DNA of 63,790 nt from a virus (taxonomy: Duplodnaviria > Caudoviricetes), in IMG/VR virus record IMGVR_UViG_3300047546_000805, positions 1 to 63,790 of that record; one strand, written 5' to 3'. The notes under the pieces are model-generated. The model saw only the letters and a list, made by a program, of their open reading frames with translations, was not told where the DNA came from and searched no databases. A program made the translations under genes and the position numbers. Positions 61,353 through 63,790 of this stretch are shown here, one piece after another; the stretch's first letter is position 1, and the number at the start of each line of letters is the position of its first letter.

Positions 61353-61487
61353 ATGAGCGGCATCCAGGTCCACGACAACGGCAACGCAGCCTGCCTCACC
61401 TGGCGCGTGGTGAACGAGGATGGCACCACCGGCCCGTGGCACGCTGGCCCCGTGCCTGCCTACCTATCCATGCAGCCCTCTAAGTAA
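61353..61487 (+). CDS. Cassette 2 gene a (44 aa)
   Basis: GGGAG RBS; MSGIQVHDNGNAACLTWRVVNEDGTTGPWHAGPVPAYLSMQPSK. Confidence 0.6.
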   Translation: MSGIQVHDNGNAACLTWRVVNEDGTTGPWHAGPVPAYLSMQPSK

Positions 61488-61495
61488 GGAAGATC

Positions 61496-61732
61496 ATGAA
61501 CATCTGGATCACCGTAGTCGAGCACTATGGCTCTCGTTCCGTCTCGCTCTTTGACGTAGAGCAGACTAAGCCTGGCTGCCTTCCGCCCCAGGTTGCACGT
61601 TTTGATTACACCGACCGCTCGCTCTCTAATGAGGAGTTGGTTGGAAGGTCGGCCCTTGCCCATCTCGGAGAGGGTGACTACATCATCCGTCCCGGTGACG
61701 TGAAAAACTTGTGGTCCTGCCAGTTGGCTTGA
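61496..61732 (+). CDS. Cassette 2 gene b (78 aa)
   Basis: AAGGA RBS; ends just before a dyad. Confidence 0.65.
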   Translation: MNIWITVVEHYGSRSVSLFDVEQTKPGCLPPQVARFDYTDRSLSNEELVGRSALAHLGEGDYIIRPGDVKNLWSCQLA

Positions 61733-61746
61733 CCGCCCGCCCCTGG

Positions 61747-61768
61747 CGGGGCAAGATCTTAGCCCGCC
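61747..61768. repeat. Inter-cassette dyad, copy 2
   Basis: CGGGGCAAGATCTTAGCCCGCC. Confidence 0.85.
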
Positions 61769-61848
61769 TCCCCCACCTGTCAAGCCCTTACGATGTGGTT
61801 TACGTCACCACTGGATGTTACCCTACCGTTATCAAAAACGGCCTCCAC

Positions 61849-61870
61849 TGTCAGACCCCCGTGCTACGCT
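61849..61870 (+). promoter_or_regulatory. Cassette promoter 3
   Basis: TGTCAG-N7-TGC-TACGCT. Confidence 0.75.
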
Positions 61871-61894
61871 ATGAGTAACAGAAAGGGAAAGACA

Positions 61895-62089
61895 ATGGAT
61901 AAGGGTCGCTTCACTACCTCCCGCATCAACGCCTCGCGCGTGCGTGTGGGTACCGTCCTCTACCACGGTGGGCAGGTCACCGCTGTTGGTCGCAACACTG
62001 ACGGGAGCGTGTCTATCACGCACCAGTGGGGAACCGTTACCCTGGCCCCTGCCTACCGTCTCACCTACTACCCGCGTCTCGGGGGCTGA
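61895..62089 (+). CDS. Cassette 3 gene a (resembles 60809-61012)
   Basis: AAAGGG RBS; MDKGRFTTSRINASRVRVGTVL...TLAP. Confidence 0.7.
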   Translation: MDKGRFTTSRINASRVRVGTVLYHGGQVTAVGRNTDGSVSITHQWGTVTLAPAYRLTYYPRLGG

Positions 62090-62090
62090 C

Positions 62091-62276
62091 ATGATCGTCA
62101 CTATCTGGACCAAGCCCGATCAGGGCAACATTCAGCGTACTTGCCGTATCTGTGGCGAGACCTATCAGGGCTGGAATTTCGTTCGGTGCGCCGCTTGCGC
62201 CCATATTCCTGTCGAGGTTGCGCACGTATGGCGCGACTACGTTCCTCCTACTGCCGCAACGGGTTTCGGTCGCTGA
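62091..62276 (+). CDS. Cassette 3 gene b (zinc finger, 61 aa)
   Basis: CRIC...CAAC. Confidence 0.65.
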   Translation: MIVTIWTKPDQGNIQRTCRICGETYQGWNFVRCAACAHIPVEVAHVWRDYVPPTAATGFGR

Positions 62277-62348
62277 AATCCCTTGCGCCACAAGCCATTT
62301 CGGCGCTGAGAAACCCAATCCTCTGAGGACTTGTGACCCTCAGGGGTG

Positions 62349-62370
62349 CGGGGCAAGATCTTCCCCCGCC
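62349..62370. repeat. Inter-cassette dyad, copy 3
   Basis: CGGGGCAAGATCTTCCCCCGCC. Confidence 0.85.
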
Positions 62371-62421
62371 TGGTTCGAAATAGCAAGTTACGAGCCGAAG
62401 AAAAATCCCCCGGTTTTCGAC

Positions 62422-62450
62422 TTGCGGCTGTCAGACCGCCATGCTACGCT
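62422..62450 (+). promoter_or_regulatory. Cassette promoter 4
   Basis: TTGCGG-c-TGTCAG-N7-TGC-TACGCT (17-bp spacer). Confidence 0.75.
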
Positions 62451-62479
62451 AGGGCTACCAACCAGCGAGAGGACCAGCC

Positions 62480-62653
62480 ATGACCACCGCCCTTTCCTTC
62501 ACCGCCGCCCACGACGCGCTCCGCGCGGCTGGGATGCCCGACTACATCGCTGAGGACGTGGCCCTCACCCTCACGGGCGGCGACCGCTTCGTGCCCGAGG
62601 ACGTGCTGTGGTGGACGTTCAACTCCGTTATGCGCGAACTCGCGGAGGCGTGA
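62480..62653 (+). CDS. Cassette 4 gene (57 aa)
   Basis: Not in the ORF track; GAGAGGA RBS; MTTALSFTAAHDALRAAGMPDYIAEDVALTLTGGDRFVPEDVLWWTFNSVMRELAEA. Confidence 0.7.
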   Translation: MTTALSFTAAHDALRAAGMPDYIAEDVALTLTGGDRFVPEDVLWWTFNSVMRELAEA

Positions 62654-62676
62654 GCCCTTGCGCCCCTCCGGGGGCG

Positions 62677-62698
62677 CGGGGCAAGATCTTAGCCCGCC
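62677..62698. repeat. Inter-cassette dyad, copy 4
   Basis: CGGGGCAAGATCTTAGCCCGCC (identical to copy 2). Confidence 0.85.
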
Positions 62699-62791
62699 GT
62701 GCCTGCCTGTCAATGGTTACGACTGACTAAAATATTCCCCCGAAAAATAGTCACTTAGGGCTAGGAAAAATGTCCGTTTCTAGGCCCTCAC

Positions 62792-62813
62792 TGTCAGACC
62801 CCTATGCTAGACT
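62792..62813 (+). promoter_or_regulatory. Cassette promoter 5
   Basis: TGTCAG-N7-TGC-TAGACT. Confidence 0.75.
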
Positions 62814-62842
62814 GAGAGCAACAGCAAACAGAAAGGCAAGAC

Positions 62843-63040
62843 ATGAACGACCTCTACCCCTCCGCCGCTTACTGCCCCATCTGCGACAACGGCGTGATCG
62901 ACCACGGTCGCGGCGTGGTCGATGTGTTCTACGCCTGGGAGGGTGAGGACGACTTCCTCGCCGCGCTCGCTGGCCTCGGCATTGAGGCCTTCGGTGAGAT
63001 CCCGTGCTCGCCTGAGTGTTACTACCGTTGGGACTGCTGA
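62843..63040 (+). CDS. Cassette 5 gene a (acidic, Cys-rich, 65 aa)
   Basis: GAAAGG RBS; CPIC...CSPEC. Confidence 0.7.
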   Translation: MNDLYPSAAYCPICDNGVIDHGRGVVDVFYAWEGEDDFLAALAGLGIEAFGEIPCSPECYYRWDC

Positions 63041-63044
63041 TATC

Positions 63045-63233
63045 ATGTTCTACGTGTTCATCGAGTTTGACGGCCCTAACGGTCGCACGCGCTTCACGCG
63101 CGGATTCACGTCCGCCGCTGCTCGGGAGGACTGGGCTTCTGGTGTCAAGCCGCTCCCCGGTGACGAGTGGAGCGACTACGAGGAGTGGGAGGCCCCTCAG
63201 TCCGAGTGGGCTCACGTTCCTATCATCGGGTAG
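63045..63233 (+). CDS. Cassette 5 gene b (62 aa)
   Basis: MFYVFIEFDGPNGRTRF...; stop lies 2 nt before a dyad. Confidence 0.65.
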   Translation: MFYVFIEFDGPNGRTRFTRGFTSAAAREDWASGVKPLPGDEWSDYEEWEAPQSEWAHVPIIG

Positions 63234-63235
63234 GA

Positions 63236-63257
63236 CGGGGCAAGATCTTCCCCCGCC
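63236..63257. repeat. Inter-cassette dyad, copy 5
   Basis: CGGGGCAAGATCTTCCCCCGCC (identical to copy 3). Confidence 0.85.
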
Positions 63258-63339
63258 AGGACGATCTTCGCAACCCTTACGACTGTGACTTACGTCTCCC
63301 TGAAACCGTTACCTCCCCGTTACCAAAACCGGCTCTCGT

Positions 63340-63361
63340 TGTCAGTAGTCCATGCTAGGAT
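63340..63361 (+). promoter_or_regulatory. Cassette promoter 6
   Basis: TGTCAG-N7-TGC-TAGGAT. Confidence 0.75.
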
Positions 63362-63385
63362 CGTACTAACGAAAGGATGAGAAAC

Positions 63386-63649
63386 ATGATCGGTCAGATC
63401 TTCCAGCAGACCCGCCGCCCCGTGGGCGAGTTGCCCGAGTTTTGCCGCCTGGTGGGTGCCTGCGGCATGGCGATCCCCGTGCGTATCCGCCGTGGTGAGC
63501 GTACTGGCATGATGATCGTGCTTGACCTTGCCACCGGCAAGGCTGCCGTGTTCGAGCCTACCAAGATCGTGGACGCTCTCGTTCCCGAGTCCTGGGAGTC
63601 CGCCCGGCTCGACATTGAGTTTGACCTGATGATGAGGGGTGTCCTGTGA
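63386..63649 (+). CDS. Cassette 6 gene a (87 aa)
   Basis: GAAAGGA RBS; start at 63377 or 63386. Confidence 0.65.
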   Translation: MIGQIFQQTRRPVGELPEFCRLVGACGMAIPVRIRRGERTGMMIVLDLATGKAAVFEPTKIVDALVPESWESARLDIEFDLMMRGVL

Positions 63650-63790
63650 CCAAGCGCATGAGCCGAACCGATATCATGTTCTACGCCATGAGCATTGGCC
63701 TGACCTACGCCGAGGCGGAGGATATCGCCCACACACTCTCGCCGGAGTGTCGTGGCGTTGCCGAGTGGCACGTCTACCGCTACATCGACC
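63646..63790 (+). CDS. Cassette 6 gene b, partial (resembles 62480-62653)
   Basis: GTGA overlap; ...MSIGLTYAEAEDIAHTLSPECRGVAEWHVYRYID, runs off the window. Confidence 0.55.
   Translation, partial: MTKRMSRTDIMFYAMSIGLTYAEAEDIAHTLSPECRGVAEWHVYRYID

Noticed and set aside
61211-63257. Dyad repeats as a CRISPR array
   Set aside because: The intervening sequences are about 300-580 bp, uneven, and contain promoters and genes. No cas operon is present; a lone Cas4-like nuclease is a common phage recombination gene.
61211-63257. Dyads as integron attC sites
   Set aside because: No RYYYAAC/GTTRRRY boxes, too short, the cassettes carry their own promoters, and no integrase is seen in the window.
60382-63771. 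Minus-strand and extended plus-strand ORFs across the terminal region (e.g. 62152-62553, 62802-63215, 60503-60694)
   Set aside because: They run through the regulatory modules; shorter ORFs with proper RBS and GC-rich third positions explain the region better.

Overview
The window is a 63.8 kb piece of a large tailed (siphovirus-like) actinobacteriophage genome. Gene content and order recall Streptomyces cluster BE/BK-type phages and their environmental relatives; this is from recognition, not a search. Bases 1-56.1 kb read on the minus strand. In coordinate order they hold replication and recombination genes (Cas4-like nuclease, Holliday junction resolvase, RecA, MazG, DnaE, a free-standing LAGLIDADG endonuclease, SSB, primase, DnaB), tail-tip genes, a 2041-aa tape measure protein with a C-terminal NlpC/P60 domain, tail chaperones with a -1 frameshift site, major tail, head-tail, major capsid, protease/scaffold and portal genes, a second 14 kb fibre/decoration block, an M15 endolysin, class II RNR and a glycosyltransferase. 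From 56.3 kb the genes switch to the plus strand: an Rpf-like transglycosylase, a DarG-like macrodomain, ThyX, an HNH and small genes. An A/T-tract gap at 60.5-60.7 kb is followed by the most striking feature, a GC-rich array of six small-gene cassettes. Five are preceded by a conserved ~115-135 bp module: a dyad CGGG-N2-AAGATCTT-N2-CCCG, a leftward TTGnnA element, TTACG repeats, Crp-like and GTNAC-N6-GTNAC boxes in some copies, and a rightward TGTCAG-N7-TGC-TAnnnT promoter. The first cassette has only the promoter part plus an SOS-like box. Other notable items are three adjacent tail genes sharing a ~90-aa N-terminal module with different payloads, a candidate structured ncRNA at 41.05-41.17 kb, a nested scaffold gene, and an apparent absence of the tetramer AGCT. 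No terminase, integrase, tRNA or CRISPR array was seen. All product calls come from motif recognition and synteny.
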